Part shown: positions 1-12,389 of the stretch, one piece after another | Numbering within the stretch: the stretch's first letter is position 1 | Layout of the letters: each line of letters starts with the position of its first letter | NCBI RefSeq assembly: GCF_016432865.1 | Contig: NC_067398.1 | Location: forward strand, 680,264,001 to 680,328,000 | Reading direction: 5' to 3' | DNA length: 64,000 bases | Source: Antechinus flavipes | Taxonomy: Eukaryota | The notes under the pieces: model-generated | What the model saw: the letters and a program-made list of their open reading frames with translations, nothing else | What the model was told of the DNA's origin: nothing | Database searches by the model: none | Position numbers and translations under genes: made by a program

Positions 1-1082
1 TTTATGACTATTATATTGAGAGGGAATGGCCCTTAGTCCTTCTCAGGACAGTGTTGTGAGGAATAGTTATTCCCTTGGTGAAAGTGAAATTTCAAGTTGA
101 GTTGGGAATCCAGACAAGTGATGGGTTTCAGCTGTATCTTTTTGTTCCATTTAATACCACTTTGGGAAAGTGGTCTCATCTATCTTGAAATTCCAAATAA
201 TGCAGATCTCAAGCTATTCATCCCACGCCAACCCATTGTGGAAATTGACAAAGGTCTCTGCACCCTTTAGAAATATTAAGGAAAAATTTTTTTTCTCAAT
301 GATGATCTCTTTAGCTCCCACGACTCAACTATCATCTCTATGCAGATGAATCTCAGATTTATTTATTCAGCTTCAAACTCTTGCTGAACCCTAGTCTTTG
401 ATCTCCCACCATTTATTGGCCATCTCAAATTGTATGTCTCATAAATTAAAAAACGACTCAGTAGATACAAATCTGAACTCATCTTTCCCTCTAAACTCTC
501 CCCCTTCTTAAATTTCCAACTATTGTAGAACTTATCGACATTCTCCCAGTCACCTGGGCTGTCAACCTAAGTATCTTCCTCAACTTTTCATTCTCTTGCC
601 CTCCTCCATTCAATCTTTTGCAAAGGCTTGTTTATTTTGCTTTTCTAGCATCTCTTAGAAGCCCCCTTCTCTCCTCTGACATTGATGCTAGCCTGGAGTT
701 GTTGTTTAGTCATTTCAATAGTGTCCAATCCTTCCTGACCCCATTTGGGGCTTTTTTTGCCCCCCCCCAAAAAAACAACCTGAAATAGTTTGTCATTTCC
801 CTTTTCCAGCTCATTTTTACAGATGAGGAAACAGAGGTAGACAGGATTAAGTTAGTTGCCCAAGATCATGCAATTAGTAAGTGTCTAAGGTAAGATTTGA
901 ATTCAGAAGATGAGTTTTCCTTGACTCCAGGCCCAGTGCTCTGTGTACTCTGGGATCACCTAACTGTCCTGTTTGACTTTTAAGATCCCCAGTATTTGAC
1001 TCCTTCCTGCTTTTCCAGTCTTCTCACTCATCACACCACCACCACAATTCACCACCTGCAATTCGGTGACACTGGCCTTTGT

Positions 1083-1317
1083 CAAGGGTTTGTTGGAGCC
1101 AGCCCACAGCTGATGGTTAAATTTTCAGTATGAATGTTTACACCTCAAAAATTAGCAAACCCCTACACATCAGGACTTGATCTATCATTTTGTTGATTGT
1201 CCAAACTTAAGAAAGTGATGGAAAAAAAGTTACTAAAACATATTAAACATAAAAATGCGCCATAGATACATTTTTTTTCAGAGAGCTGGTTGTTAAACAT
1301 TTGCCAGCATCCTACTT
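1083..1317. mobile_element. MER63-like hAT MITE remnant
   Basis: Ends resemble the recalled MER63 (TG.TGGAGCC... and GAGAGCTGGTTGTTAAACATTTGCCAGCA); internal GATTGTCCAAACTTAAGAAAGTGATGG. Confidence 0.55.
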
Positions 1318-2644
1318 GCTTCTCCTCGCTGCTTCTTATACCAAACATTCCATCTCCTGATTCCAGACAGATTCATGTACTATCTCCCATCCCAGAACTC
1401 TCTCCTTCCTCATTTCTTGCTCTTCCTTCTCTATCCTCAAGTCTCACATAAAATCCCAACTTTTACAAGAAACCTTTCCTGATTCCCCTTAATGTCAATG
1501 TCTTTCCTCTGTTGATTATCTCCAATTGTTCTAGCTATATTTTGTTTGTACTTAGTTGTTCACGTGTTGTCTCCCTCATTAAGCTGTAGTTCCTTGAAAG
1601 AATTATCAAAGAACTGAGATTGAGTGTAAATCAGCAAGTGCTATGTTCACTTCTTTTTCTGTTTTTTTTTTCTCTCTCCCATGCTTTTCCCCTTTTGCTC
1701 TGATTTTTCTCTCCCAATATGAATCATAAAGCAATGTGTATTAAAAATAAATTTTATAATTTTTTTTAAAAGAATGGATTGTTTTTCAGTCATGTTTGAC
1801 TCTTCATGATCCTTTTGGGGAATTTTCTTGGCAAAAATAGTAGAGTGACTTGCCAATTCCTTTTCTGGTTTATTTTACAGATGAGGAAACTGAGGCAAAT
1901 GAGGTATGTAACTTGCCCAGAGTCACATGGATAGTAAATGTTTGAAGCCCGAATTTGAATTCAGGCCTTCCTGATTCCACACTAGCTACTTTCTCCAATG
2001 CACCTCCTAGATGCTTAATAAGTGCTTGTTGACTGCCTGAATGACTGAAGCCTTTGGATTGATCTGAATGAGAAATACCCTCAGTCTTTCATTCCAAAAT
2101 CAAGATTCAACTAAATTCCTGTTTCCTCTTACTAAAGACCTTACTAAAGACCCCACAATCTTTGAGGAAATCTCATAAAAAATTCAGGAAGGAACACTCA
2201 CCTTACTTTTGATAGGGTTAGGGTGTGACAAGAAGGACAAAGGGCCCTAAATTAACCCTCTTAAAAGCCTCTTTTCCCATCCCTTAACCCAAAATAGAGC
2301 AATGATATGACAAAGAGAAGTATACCAAATGTTAAGAGAAAGGAATTGAGGGTTTATACTGTCTTTTCTCTGTGCAAACCTCTATGCTAAACCTTTAACA
2401 AATATTATCTCATTTGATTTTATCTCATTTGATTCTCACAACCCTGTGAAATAAGTGCTTTTATTATCCCCATTTTAGAACTGTGGAAACTGAGGCACAG
2501 TTGGGTAATATAATAGACAGACCATTAACCCTAGAGTCAGGAGGACTCAAGCTTCAGACATTTATATATCCTTGCTGTATATCCTTGAGCAAAAAAAAAA
2601 AAAACCTACCTCAGTTTACCCAACTGTAAAATAGGAATCACAAT

Positions 2645-2800
2645 GGTTATTGTCTTTTCAAAGCAGACCAAAATGGCATCACTCTGTTAGAATCGAGTTA
2701 CAGTGCATCTGATCAGCCATAATCAGATTATGCTGATATCATATCAGATTGTGCATCTGATTATGGCTGATCAGACCAATATGATCAGAATGTTCTGGTG
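2645..2800 (-). mobile_element. RTE 3'-tail fragment carrying a templated insertion
   Basis: Similar to 12405-12520 and 34125-34250 (GACCAAAATG.CATCACT...TGGCTGATCAGACCAATA). Confidence 0.55.
2708..2775. repeat. Perfect 21-bp inverted repeat with a 26-nt spacer
   Basis: TCTGATCAGCCATAATCAGAT (2708-2728) and its exact reverse complement (2755-2775). Confidence 0.95.
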
Positions 2801-3859
2801 GCTGAGTGGTTGAGGCAATGAACTGCTAATTCATTATGCTTTGCACATGTGTGTTCAAATCCTATCCTCCTTGGAGGAATCACAATAGCATCCATCACAC
2901 AGCATAAAGCATTTAGTACAGCAACTGGAATATAGTAGGTACTCAACAAATGCTTATTATTATCTTGTTCCTTCATCAGTTCAACCAACATCTTGGAGAC
3001 TTTAAAGAAGATATACCTGTGGCTATCCATCTGTCCATCCCATCTTCTCTTCTTGAGGACATCATTTAAACCTGGTCTCCTTCAGAGTTCCTCACTGGTT
3101 ATATGTTACAGGTTGTTCACACCTACAAAGTGCCCCTCCATTATCCTCTATGTCATTTATCCCGTTAGCAAATAGCCCGTAATCTGTCATGTGTGTGTTG
3201 TCCATTTGCAGTAATAGAGTTTCTTCACCAAGGAATTCTCTCCACCAATGAAATCAAAAGTTCAGACCAAAAATAAAATATCATAAATTAATGATTTTAC
3301 ATTTTAAAATGTAAACTGTATACAGACATCTACATCAAGCTTAGCCACTGAGGGAATATTACTGGGAAGTAAAGATAGCATAAAAACGAAAGATAGAAAT
3401 AAAAAAATTTTAAAGAAAAGACAATAATTCAAATTAAGTCCTTGGGAAATACTGACCCCACTGACCTCCTAGAGGCCTGGACATTGATATTCATCTTTCT
3501 ATCTTTTCTTCCTCCAGTATGTACCTAACAGCTGTATCACCTTATACCTGGAGGTGTCTCTGCCCTATTCTTGTACACACTCATCCCCTTTTGTAAATCC
3601 CAGACACAGAAAGACAAGACCTGATATAATTATACACATCAAGGCATGTGCACTCATAGACCTAAACTTGGGAGAGCACACACTAAGAGAAGAGGGAGTG
3701 ATATCCAGAGTGATTTTTCTTTTTCTTTGAGAACCTTAAAGCATGTTACATTCTATTCACAAATGCAGAAACACACCCAGCTCATAGGAAGGACACAAAG
3801 ACCCTCCCAAAGCTTCTCCCAAAGGTGTAGTCTTCCAGATGATAAGTTGGTCTCCTTTT

Positions 3860-6800
3860 CTAGCCAGTTGAATTATGTTTGGGACTTGGTCCTGGGAAGG
3901 AGGGAGACACAAGATCAGAAAGGATCCCCATTATATGCCCCTGAGAATCATGTCTTGCACCTCCCTTCCCCTATAAAGGATTTCTGCCCACTGAACCTGA
4001 TTTTTGAGCCTCTTCCAGTTTTTCTAGTTGCTTTTTCAAATAATTCAATGTATCCTTACTGCTCGACAGGTCTGTAAAAAAAAGAAGAAGAAGGTAATAG
4101 AGAAAAGACCCTAGATACAGCCTATAGAGTTACCGCTCCCAAAGCTGTGTATCCCAGAGATATACCTTTCCCAGAGATGTCTCCCCCAGACACCCATCAC
4201 CCTAGACAAGACTCTCCTTCTCCTCTAATTTCTGGGGCTCCTTATCTCTCTCCACATCAGAACAGAGCAGTCCCACCCTCCCCCACCCTCACAGCCACCC
4301 AGCACTGGGTGCTAAGGAATAGCAGATACCTCTTAAAATTCGTCTCATTATTATGTTATAGATGTTTGTGGTGTTCTTTATTTCAGTGATCTGAGTCTTC
4401 AGTTGCTGAGCATTATCCTGCTCCTTCTGGAGCCTGCTAGAGACTGGGAGATCCAGAAAGAGATATTCATTCATTCAAAAAATATTTATTAAGTCCCTAC
4501 TAAGTGGTAGGCACTAAGCTAGCCAATGAGGATATAAAGACCAAAATAAACAATCCCCACCCTCAAGGGACTTACATTCTAACTAGAGAAGGCAACATGT
4601 ATAGATAATTAAATGTGAAATATATAAAGATCAAATGAGAATATAAAGACCAAAACAGACAATCCCTACCCTCAAGAAGTTTATATTCTAACTGGAGAAG
4701 GCAAATGTACACAAAGATCAGATGAGAAACTATGTAAAATATTTTGGAAATCAAATTGTTCTGGTTAAATTTCCAAATTGATAATGAACCAAATTGTTCA
4801 TTAGCAATATTTATTTCACAGTTGTATACAGTAGACATCCTTGTACCTTTTTGTTACAATATACATGTTCATTTCCATATTATATAATATTTAATAAATA
4901 TGGGAGTACATCCCAGGCATTTGTCTTTGAGAGTTGAGCTCTTGATCCCTATGAAGTGAGCAGGAATCTCCATCAGTATGGATTCATTTGTATTTAGCAA
5001 TGACAGTATTGCACAGGGATGAGAAGTAGAAATAGGATCCTAGGCAGTTACATTAAAGTATAGCCATGTGTGTTATTAGATCAGCCTCTATGACTGGTAG
5101 TTTTAGTAAATTGGATTCAGTTTTTGAACCATCCAAAATACTTCATGTGTGCATGTAGTTGACATGACTTAATTGAATTGTGGTCATTTTAAAAAGGTAA
5201 AGTAAAGCTATTGAATGGCTTAAGCCTTCAGGCCTATCATTCTTGCCACTTTGTGGAAAGGGATTGTTTTGGGTTTTTTTTTTTTTGGGGGGGGGTATTT
5301 TTTTAAAATTGGTTTACTGCCAGAATTTTGAATGTTCTATTTGTTAAATATAAGTAAAGTTTTCAATGTTAATGGCTAGGATTTTTCCAATGGAGTGTTG
5401 TTTGGATTTGGATTTACAGAGAAATGCATTTTTTACAAAAATTTTCAAAAATCAAATGTTCCACATAAATGTTACTATTTTTATGAAGAATAAGAGAAAA
5501 AAAAAGAGAGAGGGAAACTATATATATAGAGAGAGAGACAGAGACAGAGATATAGAAAAGGAGAGACAAAAAGAAAATCTTTTTAGAAAAAGGAAAGCCA
5601 AGAGGGAAAGAGGAAAAGTGTTGAATTGACCTTTCCCCTCTCTTTCTCAGGTACCCAGAGTTTGGATCCTGACCCTCTACTCAGATCTAATTTTTTCCCC
5701 ACAGTCCCTGTGCCTTTCCTAGTGGCCTCAGGAGGTCCCCCTGCTCAACTCTTCCACCTCACCATTCCACAGTTCATTCTTCATACTCCTCAGGTTCATG
5801 GAAAATTCAGAACCTGGGAAGAAGAGAAAGGAGAAGGTAAGTCTGTGATTCAGCCTGGAACTGCTTAGGGGAAGAGATAAAGGAATAAAATAGTGAGATA
5901 GGGAAATAATGATAGAGAGATAGGGATAGAAAGATAAAAGTACAGAGACAGAGAGAGAAAAAAATTAGCAACAGAATGAGAAAGACAGTGAGAGAGAGAC
6001 AAAAAGAGAGAAAAAGACAAACACAGAGAGAGAGAGACAGAGACAGAGATAGAAAGGACAGTCAGAAAGAAAAGGAAGACAAGAATAAGAGAGGGTGATA
6101 ATAGAAGGGCTGGAGGCTGTGGGCAGAGGCTAACACTAAGGGCAGTGGTTAGGTTCTGCGAAAAGGTATGAGATAAGATCGAGTAAGTGCCACATGAGGT
6201 CCAAATAGGATGGTGATGGTCTAGACTGGAAGAAATGATGGAACTGAGAGGGTGCCAGACCCAGGTACCCAGGCAGATATAGGGATGTGGGTCCATGACC
6301 CTCCCTCTCCACTTCCCCCTTTACCACCCTCTCCCTCATCTCACACTCACTTTTCACCACTAACAGAGACAAGGAGACAATGCACAGCAGGAAAGCCAGG
6401 CCCAGGAGGAGGTAAATTCCCAGGAGAGACTTTTGCACTGAGGAATGTCTTGAAGAATTGCTTGGAGCTGAAGCAGCAGGGGCTGAGGATGAGAGAGACC
6501 TGATTGAGTGACCCCTGGGCCCAACAGGTGAACAACAAGCCAGGAGAGAATATTCCAGCCTATCTCCTGAGCAGGAACTGCTTAGGAAAGACCAGAGGGG
6601 AAGGAAAGGAAGAAAGGATGCTTTCTTCTCATCTCCAGACTTGGAACCCCTTCCCCGCCCCCTCTTCATGCATAACAAAGGAGAAACTGGTGAAATTCTA
6701 AGGAGAAAAGGTCTGGGTCTTGCCATCCTTGTCCTCCCAGTGACCATCTAGACATCAATTGCTGGAGCTGAGAACCAGCTGGTTGATAGGATACTCAAGG

Positions 6801-9800
6801 CTATACAAAGAAACCAGGAAGAAAGGTACGCCATATTTTTAAAAAACATTATTAAATTTTATTTTTAATTTATGGAATAAAATAAGCATTTCTGTGATAT
6901 GGTACAATTTTTAAAAAAGATGGCTAAATGAAACTACAAATCTATTATGCATAACTTGCTATTCCTTCCAAATATCCAACAAAACTGTCATGTAAATTTC
7001 TTTTTTCTTACTCCCTGCCCTAGATATGGCTACCATCAGACACAAATAGGTGCATATATGGGTATGTATTATGCGTGCATGTGTGTATATGTATATATGT
7101 ATGTTTGTGTATATGTATATATATAATTATTCTATACATATTTCTATTATCAGTAGGGAACTTCTTGAAGGGGACTTCTTTAAGATGGTCTTAAGGAGTT
7201 ATGAGTTATCCCTCAATAAATAAGCTCCTTAAGGACAGGAATTTTCATTTTTTTATATTTGTATCACCACTGCCTAGCAGAGTCCTGGCACATAATTATT
7301 TATTTGTTTGTTTGTTTGTTTGTTTCGCCAAGGCAATTGAGGTTAAATAACTTGCCCAGGGTCACACAGCTAGGAAATGTTAAATATCTGAGACCAGATT
7401 TGAATTCAGATCCTCCTGACTTCAGGGCTGGTGCTCTACCCACTGCACCACCTAGCTGCCCCAGGTACTTATTTATTAATAATTTTTATTTATTTTTTGT
7501 TTTATATGTGTATAAATATATAACATATATTATAAATATAATAATTGTTATTATTAATAAATACTTAATATATGCTTATTGACTACATTTATTGAGTAAA
7601 TGTGCCCTCTAATTTTGGAACCACTTTCCCCTTAACTTTGTACATACAGCCTTTGAGGCAAAGATTTGTACCAATTATTTCTACCAGCAACATATAGATA
7701 GTAAAATATGGTTTCCTAAAAGACCAGTACATCTGGTTGATTAATTGATATCATGTCTGGAAGCACACTGGAGGGGCTTGTGAGCTATAACACTCGAAAA
7801 ATGTATCCCCATTCCCTCAGGGCTGACCTAAAGAGGCCCAAGGGAATATAACGAGACTTTGTGACCAAGTCAATGGAAATAGGAGTTGGGATAGTTGCCT
7901 CAAAGTAATATGTTGCACACTTAAACATTCATTGAATGAATGAATGAATCTCCTAACAGTTCTACCCATGGACTCTACCCTTCAACAAACTTGGTTTTCT
8001 TGGTTTACCTGACCAGAACATACACATTATCTATTTACCTTTCATCATACTAGTCTCCAAGAGGCCCTGAATGACCTTCTCCTCCCTCTTCATCTATTGG
8101 AGTCTTACTCATTGTCTAGCCTTCAAACTCAGGAGTAACCTCCTCTTAGAAGCCTTCCCCTGACATTCCCAACCCTAGTTGGAAAGGATCTCTCCTTCCT
8201 CAGTTTCCCCCCAGCTTTTCCTGGACTTCTCGATCAGTTCAAGGAGAAGGGCCTGTCTAGCTTAGGAAAAGAGAAGATTTTGGAGGCCATGTTAGCTACA
8301 TCAAAGGGTGGAAAGGACTGTGTCATGAGGGATGAGATTTACTCTGCTTGGGAGAAAGAAAGCTTGAAGCTATAAAAGGTGAATTCAGGAAAAACTCCCT
8401 AAGACAAAACACTAGATTAAACAAGGAATCATAGGAAATAAGTAGATGAGAAGGACATTCACTTGAGGTTTTGAAGCCAAATATCACTGATCTCTTGCCT
8501 AGAATGTTGCTAATGGTTATCATTTCAGCTGTGAATTGGACCAGAAAGTCCTTCCCACTCTGCGCCTCCAAGATTCCAATCCTCTGCAATCACAAGAACT
8601 TTTTCCACCCTACTTTAATGCTTAAAATGTTTTCTTCACCTAAATCCTATGAAGTTAGTGGTCCAGGTGTTACTTTCCCCACTTAAATGAAAGAGACTAA
8701 AACACAGAGAGGATAAGTGGGTGACTCGTGGTCGCGTATCTTCTGTCAAAGCCTGTGTTCAAATCCAGATTTCTCCTGACTTTGTCTAAGTGGCATTTTC
8801 CCCTATACAATCGCTACTTTCAGACGCTTTCCTTAGGTAAGTTGGATGAAATAGGCATAAAACAAACCCTCAACTTAACCTCCCTTTGAGCAAAAATCCC
8901 AGAGTATCTTAGGGCCACTGACTGTAGGGAAAAGAGAGAATCAGGGTAAGGCCAGACTAAATAGAAATTCACCAGAGGAGGAAACCATCTGATAGTTTCC
9001 TATGAGACATACTAGGCTAAAATCAGTTCTGAGCCCAAATCCTCCCACATCAGGCCTTTCCACATCATCCCTCCCCCCAGCAGCTAGTGCCCTTGATTCC
9101 AGAAATAATGTTTGTGTTATTTTCACCTGCTAATTTGTTGAGCACCTACTTACTATGTGCTATTACCTGATTTTGATCCTGGGATCGCAAAAAAAAAAAA
9201 AAAAAAAAAAATACTCCCTGACTTCAAAGAACTTACATTCTATTGGGGAAATAACATGTGTACATATTCATAAATACCAAACATATATGAAGTCTATATC
9301 TATGTTTCCTTCCCTCCAGTAAATATAAGGTCCTTGAGAGTAGGGATTATTTTATTTTTGCCTATCACCCTAACTAGTGTTGTCCCTCCCATGATGCCCC
9401 ATCCCTCCTTAACTGAGCCTGAGTGTGGGACCAGCAGGGTTGTGGGAGAAGTGAGACAAGGGGCAAGGAATATTCCTTACCCCACTGGGTGGACACTGAT
9501 TGTTGCTTCAGAGGATCATTATTGTTCTTTGTGGTCACCGAGATGTTTTCATATTCAGGTTCATTGTCTTCTTTAAATCTATGGGCACCTGGAGGGACCA
9601 AACAACGGTTTTAGAGGTTCAAAGAACCAAGGCATCCTGTTTCTCAGGGCCAGGCTCCCTTCCCTTGAAGAGCCTGAGCATCCCACCAAGATTCAGAAAC
9701 ATCATTGATGAAGCATCCTGGCTGACACAGAAGTGCCGGACTCATGTTATAGAACAACATATGTTATCAAAGTCAACAAGTGAGTTTGCTTTGCTTGACT

Positions 9801-10791
9801 ATGTATATTTGTTGTGAGGATCTGGTTTTCTTTTTCTTTTTTCAAACTAAAGATGGTGGAGTTGGAAGGAAGGCTAGCAACAGAGTCACTAAAAAGGAAG
9901 AGGAAAAGTACTTCATTGAAACAGTTTTTTAAATGCACCAAAAAAAGAAGAAGAAGAAGAAGAAGAAAAAGAAGAAGAAGAAAGCCCAGAAGAAAATATA
10001 GACAAGCAGGACAGTTTTGAAAGTTACATGTTGATTTCATTATATATTTAAAAGAAAAAGCAAGAAGTATCTAAGGGAAGTTTTGGGTTTCATGAACAAT
10101 CCTCTTTTTTTCTGTTCTATTTTTTTATATAGAAATGTTTTTTTTAAGGGACAGCTAGATGGCACAATGGTTAGAGCACCAGCCCTGAAATCAGGAGGAG
10201 CTGAGTTCAAATCTGGCCTCAGATACTTAATACTGTCTAGCTATGTGACCCTGGACAAGTTACTTAACCCCAATAGCCTCAGGGGGAAAAAAATGTCCAT
10301 TTTATTTGGTGTTTTATTTAAGTTCAGAATACATAAGTAAACATTTTTTAAAGGAACACAGTCATTATGACTTATAGAACTGTCCATTCACTGTCCCCAT
10401 CAACCTCAAATCTCTCCTTCTGTCCAAAATGCCTTCTTTCTGGCATTCTGGAGCCCCATGTTACTCCCAAGTCCCAGAAGAAACAAATCAGATGAAAGCA
10501 GACTAAAGAATCTCTAGGTACCTGCATGTAGCCAATAGAGGTATATGGAGAAGGTAGAGATAAATGGATACACCCTTAGCATGGCAAGGGCCCAGATTGC
10601 AGGCCTTTATTTTCCCTTGCCTCTCTCTTTAGAATCACAACCTCCAAGGAGACATTCCCTGGTCCTCACCACCACCACCACCATTACCCCTACTTTTACC
10701 CATTGGTGCTACCTGCTGGGGGATCATTCTTCTTGGCCCTCTTCTTGGGGGACAACCCTTGATTTATATAAATATCCTCAGTCCCTTCCAT
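3860..10791 (-). CDS. MCEMP1: Mast cell-expressed membrane protein 1 (type II membrane protein), 7 coding exons, 191 aa
   Basis: Exons (minus): 10713-10791, 9481-9588, 6351-6467, 5763-5813, 4330-4443, 3997-4071, 3860-3891; all introns GT-AG and phase 1; total 576 nt. Translation MEGTEDIYINQ...EPEYENISV...KSLLGIYLLLGLAFLLCIVSLSLLVVK (TM)...KNELWNVSS...coiled coil...PSPKHNSTG*. It resembles human MEVEEIY/DYENI/LYILLALAFVLCIIL/KRELWNVSNS and sits next to RETN as in human. Donors of exon 1 (GTAGCA) and exon 6 (GTTCAG) are weak. Confidence 0.85.
4532..4727. repeat. Tandem duplication of an L2-like tail (109-bp and 87-bp units)
   Basis: ATATAAAGACCAAAA at 4532 and 4641; both units contain CCCTCAAG, ATTCTAACT.GAGAAGGCAA and AAAGATCA.ATGAGA. 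Confidence 0.8.
7325..7462 (-). mobile_element. WSINE1-like short CORE-SINE
   Basis: About 135 bp, ending CACTGCACCACCTAGCTGCCCC (tRNA-derived head on minus) with a T-rich tail. Confidence 0.75.
9945..9983. repeat. (GAA)n microsatellite in MCEMP1 intron 1
   Basis: Read directly from the sequence. Confidence 0.9.
10148..10285 (+). mobile_element. WSINE1-like short CORE-SINE
   Basis: GGGACAGCTAGATGGCACAATGG A-box head, GAGTTCAAAT B-box and CORE sequence. Confidence 0.75.
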
Positions 10792-12389
10792 GGTCCTGGC
10801 AACAATTGATCTTCCTTGTTATGTGGGACTCCACTCTCCCCACCCACACACCCTCACAGGAGATGGTGTCAGAGGATGGATGGAGCAATCATTCAGGATA
10901 TCTACTGGGTAGAAGTAGAAAAAGAAAGAGGAAGAGCTTAGACTCTTGGGACCAAAAAGAAGCCACAGAGGCTTCTCTACCTGAACAGGAGACCTTCTAT
11001 GACATCTCTGACAATTCAGTCTGCAAACACTAATGCCCAACTTCTTAAACAATCCCTTATGGGGTCTTGTAACTGAACGTGGGAGTCACAAAATTTCAAT
11101 TTATTATCAGTAAATAATAAATAAATCAGTAAATTTGATTTGTAGACCTATTTTATATACCTATATATCTGGGGTCACATAAAATTTTTTTTGGCAAAAA
11201 GGGGTCACAAGTCACTACTTTCCAAAGCATCCATTCCACTTAGCAGCAACTTTAATGGCTAGAAAGTTATTAACCCACTACCACTTTTCTCCATTGTTCC
11301 TGGATCTGCCCTCTGGGGCCAAGCACAGTAAATCCTATATTCCCAAGGCATCATATCATACAGAGCTAGAAATTCTCTAATAGTCAATCGTCTCATTTTA
11401 CAGATGAGAAAACTGAGTCCTATAAGAGGAAAAAACTAATTCAAAGTACTACAAACACAAGAACCTTCAAATATTTGAAGAGAACTATCATATTCCCTTA
11501 AGTATTTCTTGTCTTAACTATACATCCTTGATATTGTCAGTAATCTACAGATAGCCTGGTCTCCAGGCCCATCATCATCCTGTAGCTTTCCTCCATTTGT
11601 CAAAGTCCTTCCTAAAACATGGCTCTCAAAAGTGAACATAATCCAACAGTCATTAACATTCATTAAGCACCTATTCTGTGTCAGATACCATACTAAGTGC
11701 TGAGGATAAAAAGAAAAGAAAGGGTAGTTCCTGTCCTTGAAGATAATAATAGCATCTGTCTTCTAGGGCCTATTCCTTCTAGCACTAATAAACTCCCACC
11801 TACTCATACCATTCTCATCTCACTGATCATGAGTTCTTGTCATGATACAAACCCCATTCCCACTCCCTTATTCCCATCCTCCTCAACTTTACAGCATCCC
11901 TGAAAGATAGATGCTATTATTACCCCCATTTCATATATGGGGAAACTAAAACAGGCAAAAGTTTTTACCCAGGGTCACATAGCTAGTAAGTTTCTGAATT
12001 GGGATTTGAAGTCATGTCTTCCTGAGTCAAGATCCACCATTCTATCCTTTGCTTTGTCTAGCTGACTCACTACCATTTCTACTACAGATGAAATAGTATG
12101 TTACCACTTATTGATAAAGAGATAATGAACTTGGTGCAGAATAAGACATATTCCTTTTGGATATGGCCAATATAAGAATTTCTTTTTCTTATCTGAGAAT
12201 ACCTATTTATCGTAAGGATCATTTTTTTTCTTTTTTCTTTTTTTTCAGTGGGGAGAGTGGGCAGGATAAGAAGGAGAAAAAAATAGGTCTTTGTTCATTA
12301 AGAAAAATGTTTAACTTATCTATTGAAAACTAGGGGCAAGCTAAAGCTCCTTACATGAGGGAACCAAGACCCTTTTTCTTATTAAATGG

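Noticed and set aside
1-3859. Apparent absence of TRAPPC5, the next gene in human
   Set aside because: No ORF or CpG island is seen, but the gene may simply lie beyond the left edge; loss cannot be inferred.
5865-6110. Hydrophobic or basic ORFs over GA/TC microsatellites (also 5500-5630, 16590-16700, 46900-47130)
   Set aside because: Translation artefacts of low-complexity repeats.
6136-6747. 203-aa minus-strand ORF as a standalone gene
   Set aside because: Only 6351-6467 matches MCEMP1, with proper splice sites; the rest is intron read-through.
10925-10934. PU.1-like AAAGAGGAAG upstream of MCEMP1
   Set aside because: Sits in purine-rich low-complexity sequence and lacks the TG of the full motif.
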